A stretch of 64,000 nt of DNA from a virus. The stretch lies in IMG/VR virus record IMGVR_UViG_3300031972_002122, positions 1 through 64,000 of that record; one strand, 5' to 3'. The position numbers and the translations under genes are program-made. Below, one piece after another: positions 28,513 to 38,218 of this stretch. The notes beneath the pieces are model-generated. The model worked only from the letters and a program-made list of their open reading frames with translations, was not told the DNA's origin and ran no database searches. Within the stretch, counting starts at the first letter, position 1. Each line of letters opens with the position of its first letter.

Positions 28513-28794
28513 ATGACTTATTCTAATTTTAATCGACACGAACATATGACTCCCACGTTAGTATCTGTGGTGAGCGAATTGGGTTATACAATTGAGTGTA
28601 ACGAAACCCGTAATAAAGTTTTGGGATTACTTGATGGTTTTTATTATAACGACCTGTCTGAAAAGATACGAGAGTTATATGAGGACAACGAGATAGATAG
28701 ATTGACGTATAAAGTAGCTAATCATGTGTTATATGTGTGTGGTGGTTATCCTAAGATAACTGAACAGGATGTGCATATGATAAATTTGATGTAA
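28513..28794 (+). CDS. Hypothetical protein
   Basis: ORF track. Confidence 0.6.
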   Translation: MTYSNFNRHEHMTPTLVSVVSELGYTIECNETRNKVLGLLDGFYYNDLSEKIRELYEDNEIDRLTYKVANHVLYVCGGYPKITEQDVHMINLM

Positions 28795-28822
28795 ATTTGA
28801 ATGTTCACAATAAATAGATATT

Positions 28823-29053
28823 ATGCCTAAGAAAAAATTTAATAGTATACGTATGTTTTATTGGCACTCTATGTTTCCAATATCGGGATTCGAAGACATT
28901 CCACATAAAGCAGAATTTCCGTACACGTTAAAAAAACGGAATGAATTAATAAGTCGGTGCTTAGATGCTGGACATCCAGTCATGCTTAAGGAATATGTAG
29001 ATGGTCAGTTAACGGTATGTACGACTAGACATCGTGATTTTAGCCAACGATAA
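28823..29053 (+). CDS. Hypothetical protein
   Basis: ORF track. Confidence 0.55.
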   Translation: MPKKKFNSIRMFYWHSMFPISGFEDIPHKAEFPYTLKKRNELISRCLDAGHPVMLKEYVDGQLTVCTTRHRDFSQR

Positions 29054-29054
29054 T

Positions 29055-29717
29055 ATGTTCAAGACAAAAAAAATATGGATGATCAGCGACACTCATGGTA
29101 GACATAAAAACCTGAACGTCCCGCCAGATATAGATATAGTAATTCATAGTGGAGATGCGAGCGTTAATCGACTTCCAGCGTTAAATGAGCCTGAATATTA
29201 CAGGTTCCTGAATTGGTATAGTAACTTGTATATACCTGTAAAGGTGTTGATCGGGGGAAACCATGACACGGCACTGGAGTCTGGTATGATCGAAATTCCA
29301 GAGGGCATAATTTATTTATATAACGAGTTAGTTTCCATTGATGGTATGACGATATACGGTAGTCCATTTTCTCCAAAATTTGGCGATTGGTCATTCATGC
29401 TGGATAGGTTAAGTCAAAACCTAAAAGATTTGTGGGCACTCATTCCAACCGATGTAGACATATTAGTTACTCACACACCACCTTATGGTATATTGGATGA
29501 TATGGGATATAAACGAGTTGGGTGTGAAGTATTGTCAGATCGACTACAGGACTTAAATGTTGGTATTCACCAGTTTGGTCATATACATGAACAGTGTGGT
29601 CAGATACATAAGGGGAAGTATGATCAAACCATTTACGTAAACGCTACGACCACCGACCTTGGCTATAATTTGATTAATGACGGAGTTATACTGAATTACG
29701 AGTATTATGATGAGTAG
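29055..29717 (+). CDS. Calcineurin-like metallophosphoesterase
   Basis: ISDTHG, HSGD, GNHD, THTPP, FGHIHE motifs; ATG at 29055. Confidence 0.9.
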   Translation: MFKTKKIWMISDTHGRHKNLNVPPDIDIVIHSGDASVNRLPALNEPEYYRFLNWYSNLYIPVKVLIGGNHDTALESGMIEIPEGIIYLYNELVSIDGMTIYGSPFSPKFGDWSFMLDRLSQNLKDLWALIPTDVDILVTHTPPYGILDDMGYKRVGCEVLSDRLQDLNVGIHQFGHIHEQCGQIHKGKYDQTIYVNATTTDLGYNLINDGVILNYEYYDE

Positions 29718-29794
29718 TGAAAGAAATATCTTATTTTTATGGGAATTGGCGGTGTCAATTCCCTTTTTAGTTTTATAAGGGATATTTATAATAA

Positions 29795-30031
29795 ATGGTG
29801 AAGAGTATGGACAATAATACAAACTACACGGTTGTTAGAAATCGTATTAAATCTAAGTATGATTACCAACTTGGAGTCCTACGAGAATCGCTCAAGCGAA
29901 ATGTGGGAGAAGTTGATATTCTGGATATTGAACATCAATTAGAACTCCTAGCATCAACTAAAACTAAGTTGGATATTTTAGACGCTGTGGGGGGTAATTT
30001 GAATTATAACCAAAAACTTTTATTTGATTAA
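29795..30031 (+). CDS. Small hypothetical protein
   Basis: ORF track; ATATTTATA motif upstream. Confidence 0.55.
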   Translation: MVKSMDNNTNYTVVRNRIKSKYDYQLGVLRESLKRNVGEVDILDIEHQLELLASTKTKLDILDAVGGNLNYNQKLLFD

Positions 30032-30039
30032 GGGAAAAT

Positions 30040-30684
30040 ATGGCAAAAAGAGGTCGTTCGGTTAACTTCGACATATCGCTGAATGATGAGCAGGTATTGG
30101 CGAAGGAAAGAATTTTATCAAATCCGTTTAACTTTCTAGAAGGTAAAGCTGGAAGTGGTAAAACGTTACTAGCAGTCCAAATAGCATTGGACAAATTATT
30201 TAAAAGGGAAGTTTCTAAGATAGTTATTACTAGACCTACCGTTGGGACTGAGGACAATGGTTTCTTACCCGGTACGTTTGAAGAAAAGATGGAACCTTGG
30301 ATGGTACCTATCAGAGACAATATGCGAAAAGTTTATAACCACCCAGATAAGTTGACGAAGATGGAGTTGGAGGGTGTTATTGAGTTGGTATCACTAAGTC
30401 ATTTCAGGGGTAGAACCTTTGAGAACGCTGTGTGTATAATCGATGAATTCCAGAACTTGACTAAACAGCAACTTATCATGGCACTGGGTAGACTTGGGAA
30501 AAACAGTGTGATGATATTTTGTGGGGACGAGCAGCAAATTGATTTGAAATTTAATAATGATTCTGCAATACATGTAGTACCAAAGATACAACTGTCGGAG
30601 TTTGTACATCGTACAAAACTACTTGAAAATCATAGACATCCAGCGGTTAACGAAGTTTTAGATTTATTACTTAACTATAACTGA
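30040..30684 (+). CDS. phoH: PhoH-like ATPase
   Basis: GKAGSGKT, ITRP, GFLPG, RGRTF, IDEFQN, GD..QID, HRHP. Confidence 0.95.
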   Translation: MAKRGRSVNFDISLNDEQVLAKERILSNPFNFLEGKAGSGKTLLAVQIALDKLFKREVSKIVITRPTVGTEDNGFLPGTFEEKMEPWMVPIRDNMRKVYNHPDKLTKMELEGVIELVSLSHFRGRTFENAVCIIDEFQNLTKQQLIMALGRLGKNSVMIFCGDEQQIDLKFNNDSAIHVVPKIQLSEFVHRTKLLENHRHPAVNEVLDLLLNYN

Positions 30685-30697
30685 TACTTATAACAGG

Positions 30698-31072
30698 ATG
30701 GCAGCAGGTAGATATTCATTTATAATAGAACAAGGTTCAACATTCACTCGACAGATTCAATATCTGGATGGTACAGGTTCTCCTGTGGATTTAACCGATT
30801 ACAGTGCGCGTATGCAGATTCGACAGAGTCACGACTCATCTACTACGATTGTTAGTTTGACCGATACTATAGGTTCAGATGGCTCTGGACTCGTTATAAC
30901 GGCAGCGTCGGGTACTATTGACATTAAACTGTCTGCATATTCATCTAGCTTATTATCGTTCGGTGGTGAGGCTGTATTCGATCTGGAGATATATAGCGGG
31001 TCTGGGGTAAGCCAGTACACGAAACGACTTATCGAAGGGAAAGTAAAATTAAGTAAAGAGGTAACTAGATAA
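30698..31072 (+). CDS. Small beta-sandwich virion protein
   Basis: IEQGSTF...PVDLT.Y.ARMQIR...FDLEI...RLIEGKV pattern of phage virion adaptor domains. Confidence 0.7.
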   Translation: MAAGRYSFIIEQGSTFTRQIQYLDGTGSPVDLTDYSARMQIRQSHDSSTTIVSLTDTIGSDGSGLVITAASGTIDIKLSAYSSSLLSFGGEAVFDLEIYSGSGVSQYTKRLIEGKVKLSKEVTR

Positions 31073-31692
31073 TGGGATTGGATATCATAAATATCACCGC
31101 AACTGACGGTCGAATAGATATCAACTCCATTGACCCATTTGCAGAATCTAGGATCGTGGTTGATAATAACAATCCGACCGATGTGATTAAGGTATCTGAG
31201 CCTGAACGGATAGTCGTTGACGGTCAAGATATCATAACTGGTAATATTCAGATTATAGCTGAAAATCAGATAGAAGTTATTAGAGTAGTTGAGCGAGGTC
31301 AGCAAGGGTCTAAGGGTGACAAAGGTGAAAAGGGTGACGTTGGACTATCTGGTGCTGGTAAGCCATTCTACGAAATACTTGAGGGTGAATTATACCAATC
31401 AACTGCATCTGTTTCAATATTTAGTAATTTCATGGTTACTGGGTCAGCATACATTACACAGGATTTAATAACTTACGGGAATATTGGAATAAATACAGCC
31501 AATCCATCATCGTTGTTTAGTGTAGTATCCGACGATGGTGCGCAAGATTTAGTAACAATACAGAGTCAGTCGGTGGATTATTTTAAGATAAATAATCAGG
31601 GAGTGGCGGTATTTGGTGAATTTGGATTCACACCAGACCCAATAACTGGTGGTATGTATTATGACGCGACGGGTTTTTATGTCGGAATTTAA
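31072..31692 (+). CDS. Virion protein with a short collagen-like (Gly-X-Y) stretch
   Basis: GQQGSKGDKGEKGDVGLSGAG; GNIGINTANP fibre motif. Confidence 0.6.
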   Translation: MGLDIINITATDGRIDINSIDPFAESRIVVDNNNPTDVIKVSEPERIVVDGQDIITGNIQIIAENQIEVIRVVERGQQGSKGDKGEKGDVGLSGAGKPFYEILEGELYQSTASVSIFSNFMVTGSAYITQDLITYGNIGINTANPSSLFSVVSDDGAQDLVTIQSQSVDYFKINNQGVAVFGEFGFTPDPITGGMYYDATGFYVGI

Positions 31693-31720
31693 CTATTTAT
31701 AACAAACAGGAAAATAAAAG

Positions 31721-32992
31721 ATGGCAGAATGGAAAAAGCTGATCCACTCGGGGTCGGATGCCGAACTTAATAGTTTAACACTTAGCACTGCACTTAGTAC
31801 TGCAAACGGTGGTACTGGTGTGACATCGTTGAGCGATGTTACTGGTGATGGTAAAATAATAGTAACTGGTGGTACTGAGTCTGTCATTGGTGGTAATGTG
31901 ACACTAACAGTGGGCGGTGACGTAGCGTCTGGTTCATCACTGAATGATATTGCTGGATTGTCTAGTGCGGATGGTAATTTTATAGTTGGTAGTGCAACTG
32001 GGTGGGTTGTCGAAAGTGGTGCAACTGCTAGGACTTCCATAGGACTTGGCACTTCTGATAATGTGGAATTTGCGAATATAACAGTTAACGAATTAGTTAA
32101 CGATAGTACAGTCGCTGGAACACAACTTACAGGATCATTCAGTGGATCATTTACGGGTGACGGTTCCCAACTTACTGGATTACCTTCTGCGCCAATTTCG
32201 TCATATACCAATGCTGGTGATAATAGAATTGTTACTTCCGTAGATGCTACAACAGTTAATTCTGAGGTTAATCTAAAGTTTGATGGTACGAGGCTTGATG
32301 TTACTGGTGATTTAAAAGTTTCGAATGGTATTTCAGCTTCTGGATCATCGACATTTGGTTTTGGACCGGATACATTTACAGTGAACAGTACTGGGATTAA
32401 TGTTCCAAATTTACCGGGCGGTACTGACGACTCAGTTGTAATCCTTACCGCGGCAGGTGCGTTAGCTACTGACGAGATTGATTCTAGAGTGTGGGGAAGT
32501 TCACTTGTTGATGGTAGTGGTGGAGCTTCTAGAGTTACATATTGGAATGATACTAATTCGGTAACTAGTAATGCATCATTTACATTTGATGGTACTGACC
32601 TGACCGTTGGTTCGTCTGTATTTGGAACTGATGTAAATATCGCAGGTGACTTAGTCGTGCAAGGTACTGCATCATTTCAACACACCGATAGTCTATTAGT
32701 ATCTGATAAGTTTATACTGCTAAATTCGGGGTCTGCAACTGGTGATGGTGGTATAATAATTCAGTCTGGTTCTAATGGTTTTGGTAATGCGATTGGGTGG
32801 GATGATAGTGCACGTCGATTCGCATTCCAGATGGAGACTGTTATGGATGCTGGATTGTCTACGATGACGCCAGATGCATATGTAGCCGCAGTTATTGATG
32901 TGGATACTGCTGGTTTTGACAAAAATTCGTCAGTTCATCAAGTGGCTGGTAACATAATGGTATCAGGTTCTGAGGCTTGGATTTACATTTAA
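31721..32992 (+). CDS. Tail fibre / fibre-like virion protein
   Basis: G/S/T-rich beta repeats; MAEWKKLIHSGSDAEL N-terminus. Confidence 0.7.
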   Translation: MAEWKKLIHSGSDAELNSLTLSTALSTANGGTGVTSLSDVTGDGKIIVTGGTESVIGGNVTLTVGGDVASGSSLNDIAGLSSADGNFIVGSATGWVVESGATARTSIGLGTSDNVEFANITVNELVNDSTVAGTQLTGSFSGSFTGDGSQLTGLPSAPISSYTNAGDNRIVTSVDATTVNSEVNLKFDGTRLDVTGDLKVSNGISASGSSTFGFGPDTFTVNSTGINVPNLPGGTDDSVVILTAAGALATDEIDSRVWGSSLVDGSGGASRVTYWNDTNSVTSNASFTFDGTDLTVGSSVFGTDVNIAGDLVVQGTASFQHTDSLLVSDKFILLNSGSATGDGGIIIQSGSNGFGNAIGWDDSARRFAFQMETVMDAGLSTMTPDAYVAAVIDVDTAGFDKNSSVHQVAGNIMVSGSEAWIYI

Positions 32993-33006
32993 TGTGATTT
33001 GATGAT

Positions 33007-33198
33007 ATGGGATTGGTCGAAAAAGAAAAAAAGAAAATAAACAGTGAGTTAGGTGTTGAAATTAAAAACAATCTAACGTTAGAAGAGGTTGAGATCATCA
33101 TTCGGGTGATGGGCTCGGCATCATTCCCAGTCAAGGATATTGAACCATTGTACAGGGCTATATATAAATTACAAGAGTTACGAAACAAATTAAAATAA
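33007..33198 (+). CDS. Small hypothetical protein (possible fibre chaperone)
   Basis: ORF between fibre genes; resembles the next ORF in its helix-F/I-x-x-K-D-helix layout. Confidence 0.55.
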   Translation: MGLVEKEKKKINSELGVEIKNNLTLEEVEIIIRVMGSASFPVKDIEPLYRAIYKLQELRNKLK

Positions 33199-33199
33199 C

Positions 33200-33385
33200 A
33201 TGCAACATAGGTTAACATTTACAACAAACGAATTACTAGTTATAAGAGAGTCAGTCCACGCTATAACGATAAAGGGTGTAGACGCACCAGTCGTTGCGGG
33301 AGTTCTAGACAAAGTCTATAAAGGAATTGAAAAAGCCGCTACCGCGACTGAACAGTCTAAAACGGATGAAAAACCTAAATCCTAA
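33200..33385 (+). CDS. Small hypothetical protein (possible fibre chaperone)
   Basis: ORF; ITIKGVDAPVVA.VLDKV. Confidence 0.55.
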   Translation: MQHRLTFTTNELLVIRESVHAITIKGVDAPVVAGVLDKVYKGIEKAATATEQSKTDEKPKS

Positions 33386-33432
33386 ATTGTGGTGTTATTT
33401 TCACCAAACGATTGCCTTAATAAATTGTAACA

Positions 33433-35154
33433 ATGACGAATTGGAAACGACTTATAGTATCTGGTTCAGACGCTAGTCTGAAGTCACTAGCCATATCTGG
33501 TGGTGACGTTATCATTGATGATGGTGATCGATTAGCTATTGGTAATGCTAATCCATTACATGATATTCATATTGGTAGTGCGAGTGGGTCGTTGGTAAGT
33601 CCAGCGGCTGATATATTCGTGAATAACGATGGGCGTGCCGATATCGTATTACGAAATAGTTTAAATGATATAGAATTTTCGTTATCTGCTGGTGAGGTGA
33701 ATAATTTCTTCATCGCTCGGGGCGATGCTGGTATGTCATTTGTCACGGCTGGTGCTGGTGCCATAGCATTCGATGCTGGTAGTGGTACGGATGAGGTTGA
33801 AGTAACTAATGGGGTAGTTGACATTAATGGTCGACTCGACGTCAATGGGCAATTATATTATTCCACACAAGGAAGTACAGCCACTTCACTAGTTGGTCGT
33901 GACTCTACTGGAAAACTTACCACGGATGTTTCTGGAATAACTTCAGGATTTGGTGGTGGTGAGTGGGGTCGTACTGGAACTACAATTTATTATAATAGTG
34001 GGTCAGTTGGTATAGATACTGAAACGCCAACAACTCTACTAGAGGTGAGTGGTACATTTAAAGCGACTGATAATTCATCGATCGGTGGTGAGCCATCGTC
34101 GGTCGCAACTTTCAGAATAGTTCGGGGCGAAAGCGTTCCTAAAGTTTGGACAGATGCAGCATTTTATGCGAATACGCCATTAGTAATTGAACGAAATGAT
34201 AATGCGTATGTGACGTTTTTGGGTAGTAGTAGTAAAACGAGTGGGTTTGTATTTTCCGATGAGGATGCATGGCTCAGAGGATCAATGATTTATAAGCATG
34301 CGACTGATATGTTGGTGTTTAGAGCGGGCGGTACAGAAACTCTATGGAATAGAAACGGTAATGTCGGAATTAAAACAGACGATCCACAAGCTTCATTAGA
34401 TGTTGGTGGGGATACTGATGAGACTATACATTTGGGAAGGGCTAAATTCGGTTCATATGTCACTGATTATATGTATTTGTCACACTTCGATAATGGGTCG
34501 GGTACGAATTATGCTATAAAGCAAGCTGCTGGAGGCTCCACAACGGTGAACGCAGCTTCAGGACAAGACGTGGAGCTGGCGATTAATAATGATCCAATTC
34601 TAGGTGTCTATGGGGCAACTAACCGAGTTGGAATTAATACGAACACGCCAACCGCATCGTTGCATGTGAGTGGTGGGGCTCATATTGATGGTGATACGTC
34701 TATGATCGGGGGACTACAGATAAATGCTGTATCACCCGGGGAATCAACTCATAAACTATTAACTTGGAATAGTTTAGGGGGTGCCGTTACATATTCGACT
34801 TCGAGTCTTAACCTCGATGGTGGTGCGACGATGACGATCGAACGTCCAGTAACCAATTATATTGATTATCCAATATTTAGAGCACCTTACGATTTAACGA
34901 TTTCTGAAGTTAATGCGGTGATTTATGGTGGGACGTCGGTGGACGCGTTATTAGTTTTTGGTACGGATAGGTCTAATCTCACTTCAAAATTGATTAGCTC
35001 GTCACATACAGTTGACTCGGCAACTGTTGGGAACACGTTGACATCGTTTAGTACGGCATCGATGCCGATGGATAGTTTTTTAATCTGTTCGATGAGTTCG
35101 AATGTGGGGAGCGTGCAACTATTAACTATATCAGTGAAATATAAAAAAGATTAA
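33433..35154 (+). CDS. Tail fibre / receptor-binding protein
   Basis: Repeated G.VGI.T..P...L.V.G fibre motifs; MTNWKRLIVSGSDASL N-terminus. Confidence 0.75.
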   Translation: MTNWKRLIVSGSDASLKSLAISGGDVIIDDGDRLAIGNANPLHDIHIGSASGSLVSPAADIFVNNDGRADIVLRNSLNDIEFSLSAGEVNNFFIARGDAGMSFVTAGAGAIAFDAGSGTDEVEVTNGVVDINGRLDVNGQLYYSTQGSTATSLVGRDSTGKLTTDVSGITSGFGGGEWGRTGTTIYYNSGSVGIDTETPTTLLEVSGTFKATDNSSIGGEPSSVATFRIVRGESVPKVWTDAAFYANTPLVIERNDNAYVTFLGSSSKTSGFVFSDEDAWLRGSMIYKHATDMLVFRAGGTETLWNRNGNVGIKTDDPQASLDVGGDTDETIHLGRAKFGSYVTDYMYLSHFDNGSGTNYAIKQAAGGSTTVNAASGQDVELAINNDPILGVYGATNRVGINTNTPTASLHVSGGAHIDGDTSMIGGLQINAVSPGESTHKLLTWNSLGGAVTYSTSSLNLDGGATMTIERPVTNYIDYPIFRAPYDLTISEVNAVIYGGTSVDALLVFGTDRSNLTSKLISSSHTVDSATVGNTLTSFSTASMPMDSFLICSMSSNVGSVQLLTISVKYKKD

Positions 35155-35176
35155 TATATAACAAAAAGAATATATA

Positions 35177-35521
35177 ATGGCATTAAAGACAAACTACGAA
35201 TTAGATAATGTGATTTACAGCGACGCGTACTTACGAATTCACAAGATACGAACAGTTGCAGTTGATTATGAATATTTTGAAAACGTCGACGATCCAGAGC
35301 GACCAGATATTGCACAGGAACTGAAATGGAAGATTCGCTTAGAATCCTCAGCTACTGCATATGTATGGAACGGTAAAGAGTCTAGAGATAATAGAGCACA
35401 GCCACTTAAATGGTTTAGTTTTGAGTTTGAATATGATCTTGATAGTCCCAAAAATATATACGCACAGGCATACGATGCACTTAAAACTGCGAAGGAGTTT
35501 AGTGACGCTGTAGATGTTTAA
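35177..35521 (+). CDS. Tail fibre assembly-like protein
   Basis: MALK...DAYLRI...NIYAQAYDALK...F.DAVDV; directly after a fibre gene. Confidence 0.55.
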   Translation: MALKTNYELDNVIYSDAYLRIHKIRTVAVDYEYFENVDDPERPDIAQELKWKIRLESSATAYVWNGKESRDNRAQPLKWFSFEFEYDLDSPKNIYAQAYDALKTAKEFSDAVDV

Positions 35522-35558
35522 GACCATGATGCCATATTTATAATAAAGGAAATAATAT

Positions 35559-36728
35559 ATGGCTTCTGATCCTACAATATACGCTGGCTCGGCGAGTTTC
35601 TTCCCGGGCGACACCCCGTTTGGGTTCTACGACAACGACACACAGTTTCAATACGATGCTGAGAAGATGGCTAACTATTGCGCTAGGCGGTTAGGATATC
35701 CCGTTGTGGAAGTTGAACTAAATGAACTTCAATTCTTTTCAGCATTCGAGGCTGCAATCACGGAATACGGAAATCAGGTAAATACGTACAGTGCTAGGGA
35801 TAATATTTTAAATTTGATGGGATTCGATACTGGATCACAAGATATAAATCAAAAATATGTAGAGCCAACACTTCGTGGGTTATTTAGACTAGCTAAGCAG
35901 TACGGTAGTGAAGTTGGTGTTGGCGGTAATCTTACGTGGTTTTCTGGGAGTATTTCATTAGAGCCTAATAAGCAAGTATACGATTTAATATCAGATGCTA
36001 CTATCGAGACTGGTAGTTTCAGTACCGACGCATTTACTATACGTAAGGTATTTCATGAAGCTACGCCAAGTATTATGAAATATTTCGACCCACACCTTGG
36101 TACTGGTCTAGGTTCTCAACAATTTCTAAGTCAATTCGGTTGGGGTGGATTTTCAGCACCAATGAATTTCTTACTCATGCCGATGCATTATGATCTACTT
36201 AGAATGCAAGCTATTGAATTTAATGACCAGATTCGAAAGAGTGGATATTCATTCAAACTGACGAATAATCGCTTACGTATATTTCCAGTACCTCGTCAGG
36301 AAATGAAACTGTGGTTCAATTATACGTTGGACGCTGAGGCTGGACCGGGCGGTATCGGCGGTCAAGGTACTGACGGTGATGGTAAAATATCAGATCACAG
36401 TAATATACCTTACGGTAGACTTGTATATAGACATGTCAATGAGATCGGACGACAGTGGATTAGAAAATATACTCTAGCTATCTGTAAAGAAATGTTGGGG
36501 TATATTCGAGGTAAACACCAAAATATACCAGTTCCAGATGATGATACGACACTTAATCATGCCGATCTGATATCCGCTGCCGAGAATGAAAAAACCCAGC
36601 TAATAGAAGAATTGAGGGAAATGTTAGATCAGATGTCTAGACAATCACAGTTAGAGCGAAAGCAAGCTGAAGCTGACGTGTTAGCACAACAATTAGCAAA
36701 AGTACCATTGAAAATTTATATAGGATAA
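35559..36728 (+). CDS. Neck protein (T4 gp13-like head-tail adaptor)
   Basis: RRLGYPVVEVEL...Q; W.RKY.LA..KEMLG..RGK...P....LN. Confidence 0.85.
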   Translation: MASDPTIYAGSASFFPGDTPFGFYDNDTQFQYDAEKMANYCARRLGYPVVEVELNELQFFSAFEAAITEYGNQVNTYSARDNILNLMGFDTGSQDINQKYVEPTLRGLFRLAKQYGSEVGVGGNLTWFSGSISLEPNKQVYDLISDATIETGSFSTDAFTIRKVFHEATPSIMKYFDPHLGTGLGSQQFLSQFGWGGFSAPMNFLLMPMHYDLLRMQAIEFNDQIRKSGYSFKLTNNRLRIFPVPRQEMKLWFNYTLDAEAGPGGIGGQGTDGDGKISDHSNIPYGRLVYRHVNEIGRQWIRKYTLAICKEMLGYIRGKHQNIPVPDDDTTLNHADLISAAENEKTQLIEELREMLDQMSRQSQLERKQAEADVLAQQLAKVPLKIYIG

Positions 36729-36733
36729 ACAAC

Positions 36734-37285
36734 ATGCCGTTATATGGTGGCCCGAGAGATCGTGCATTAATTCGAAGAATAAATAATGAACTACTCCAAC
36801 GTATTATTGGGGTGGAGGTTGCTGTGTATAAACTAGCCGTAGCGGATATGGACTCCAACATTTATGGAGAATCTAGTGAAAAGCGGTACTACAATCCAAT
36901 GCGTGTGCATGCACTTGTTAGGCGAGATGACTCGATAGTTAACTTATCGGAGACGGGAGAGATCAGTAAGGATAAGACCTTGTCTATAGGATTCTTACGA
37001 GATGAGTTAGTTAATCTAAATCTTGTCATGGAAGTGTCTGATATCATCGAGTGGGATGGTGGGTACTATCAGGTAGACAATGTGCGGCAGTCATCAGGTC
37101 AGTGGTGGGGACGTAATCCAGATACCTCAATACCAATTGCTGAAGGAGATTCTGGGGATCATGGATATTCAGTGTCTGTTATTGTTGAAGTTCATAGAAC
37201 ATCAACGTCAAACCTTAATTTGGTGGAGACTCGGTCTGGGATCAATAGTCTAACTACTAAATCTAAATTGCCGAGGAATTTATAA
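36734..37285 (+). CDS. Neck/head-closure protein (gp14-like)
   Basis: SNIYGES..K.Y; position between the gp13-like and gp15-like genes. Confidence 0.65.
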   Translation: MPLYGGPRDRALIRRINNELLQRIIGVEVAVYKLAVADMDSNIYGESSEKRYYNPMRVHALVRRDDSIVNLSETGEISKDKTLSIGFLRDELVNLNLVMEVSDIIEWDGGYYQVDNVRQSSGQWWGRNPDTSIPIAEGDSGDHGYSVSVIVEVHRTSTSNLNLVETRSGINSLTTKSKLPRNL

Positions 37286-38169
37286 TGGCACGTAACCAAG
37301 AAAGAATACCACCATTCGAAGAAGGATATCAGGCTGGTGAGTTGAATAGAGCAACCCAGATGCGTAGGGATACCGACACGGTAAAAATCCCAAAGGTAAC
37401 CTTATACGATATTGACTATGCGATTATGTATCATCTATCAACCAATATGAAACTAAAGGTTAGAGAAGACAATCGGATGATCGACGTCCCAGTACTGTAT
37501 GCTGACGGTGAGAAGTGGGCACAAATAAGATCGCGTGGATTTCTAAGGGATGAAAAAAATAAAGTGATGGCACCTATGATAGCCATTAGAAGGTCTAGTG
37601 TTGAACCAGACTCTAGATTACCATACCCAGATTTAAACAATTATGTACCATTCAGGAAGTTTTACCCATATAAGACTATGAACATGCAGTATGATAAGTT
37701 ATCTGGGCAAACGCTTAGAAAACCATCGTATGACTTTTACATGGTCGATGTACCTAATTATGTTAGAGTTCAGTACGACCTGATCATATGGACGAACATG
37801 GTTGAACAGATGAACGGATTAGTTCAAGCTATTGTGGCGGTTTCTAACCACTTGTGGGGGGACTACCACACATTTAGGGCAGTTGTTAATAACGCATCGA
37901 TGAACACCACAAATAATGTGGGGGAGGATAGGGTCGTATCAACTACGATATCTATGCAAGTTGATGGGTGGTTGCAGGAAGAATTTGAGTACCATGAGCC
38001 TACTATGCGGAAGGCACATACAGTTAAGACGGTAAAGTTCGAAAACGAGAAGGAAGAATTTGATTTTTACACAGAGATGCCGTCTCCGTTTTTTCCAAAT
38101 AAGCACATAAGCTCAGAACCCAAGCATATCCAGCTCATGAATAAGCGGCGAAATTTGAGATATCGATAG
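37285..38169 (+). CDS. Tail terminator / sheath stabiliser (gp15-like)
   Basis: VPVLYA..EKW, P.IAI.R, P.YV...YDL.IWT..VEQMN..V; immediately upstream of the sheath gene. Confidence 0.7.
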   Translation: MARNQERIPPFEEGYQAGELNRATQMRRDTDTVKIPKVTLYDIDYAIMYHLSTNMKLKVREDNRMIDVPVLYADGEKWAQIRSRGFLRDEKNKVMAPMIAIRRSSVEPDSRLPYPDLNNYVPFRKFYPYKTMNMQYDKLSGQTLRKPSYDFYMVDVPNYVRVQYDLIIWTNMVEQMNGLVQAIVAVSNHLWGDYHTFRAVVNNASMNTTNNVGEDRVVSTTISMQVDGWLQEEFEYHEPTMRKAHTVKTVKFENEKEEFDFYTEMPSPFFPNKHISSEPKHIQLMNKRRNLRYR

Positions 38170-38218
38170 TGTTTGGATTTTTTGAAACATATTTATTACA
38201 AAAAGAGGATAGTTTAGA

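Noticed and set aside
31721-35154. Diversity-generating retroelement acting on the fibres
   Set aside because: No reverse transcriptase and no template/variable repeat pair differing at adenines was seen
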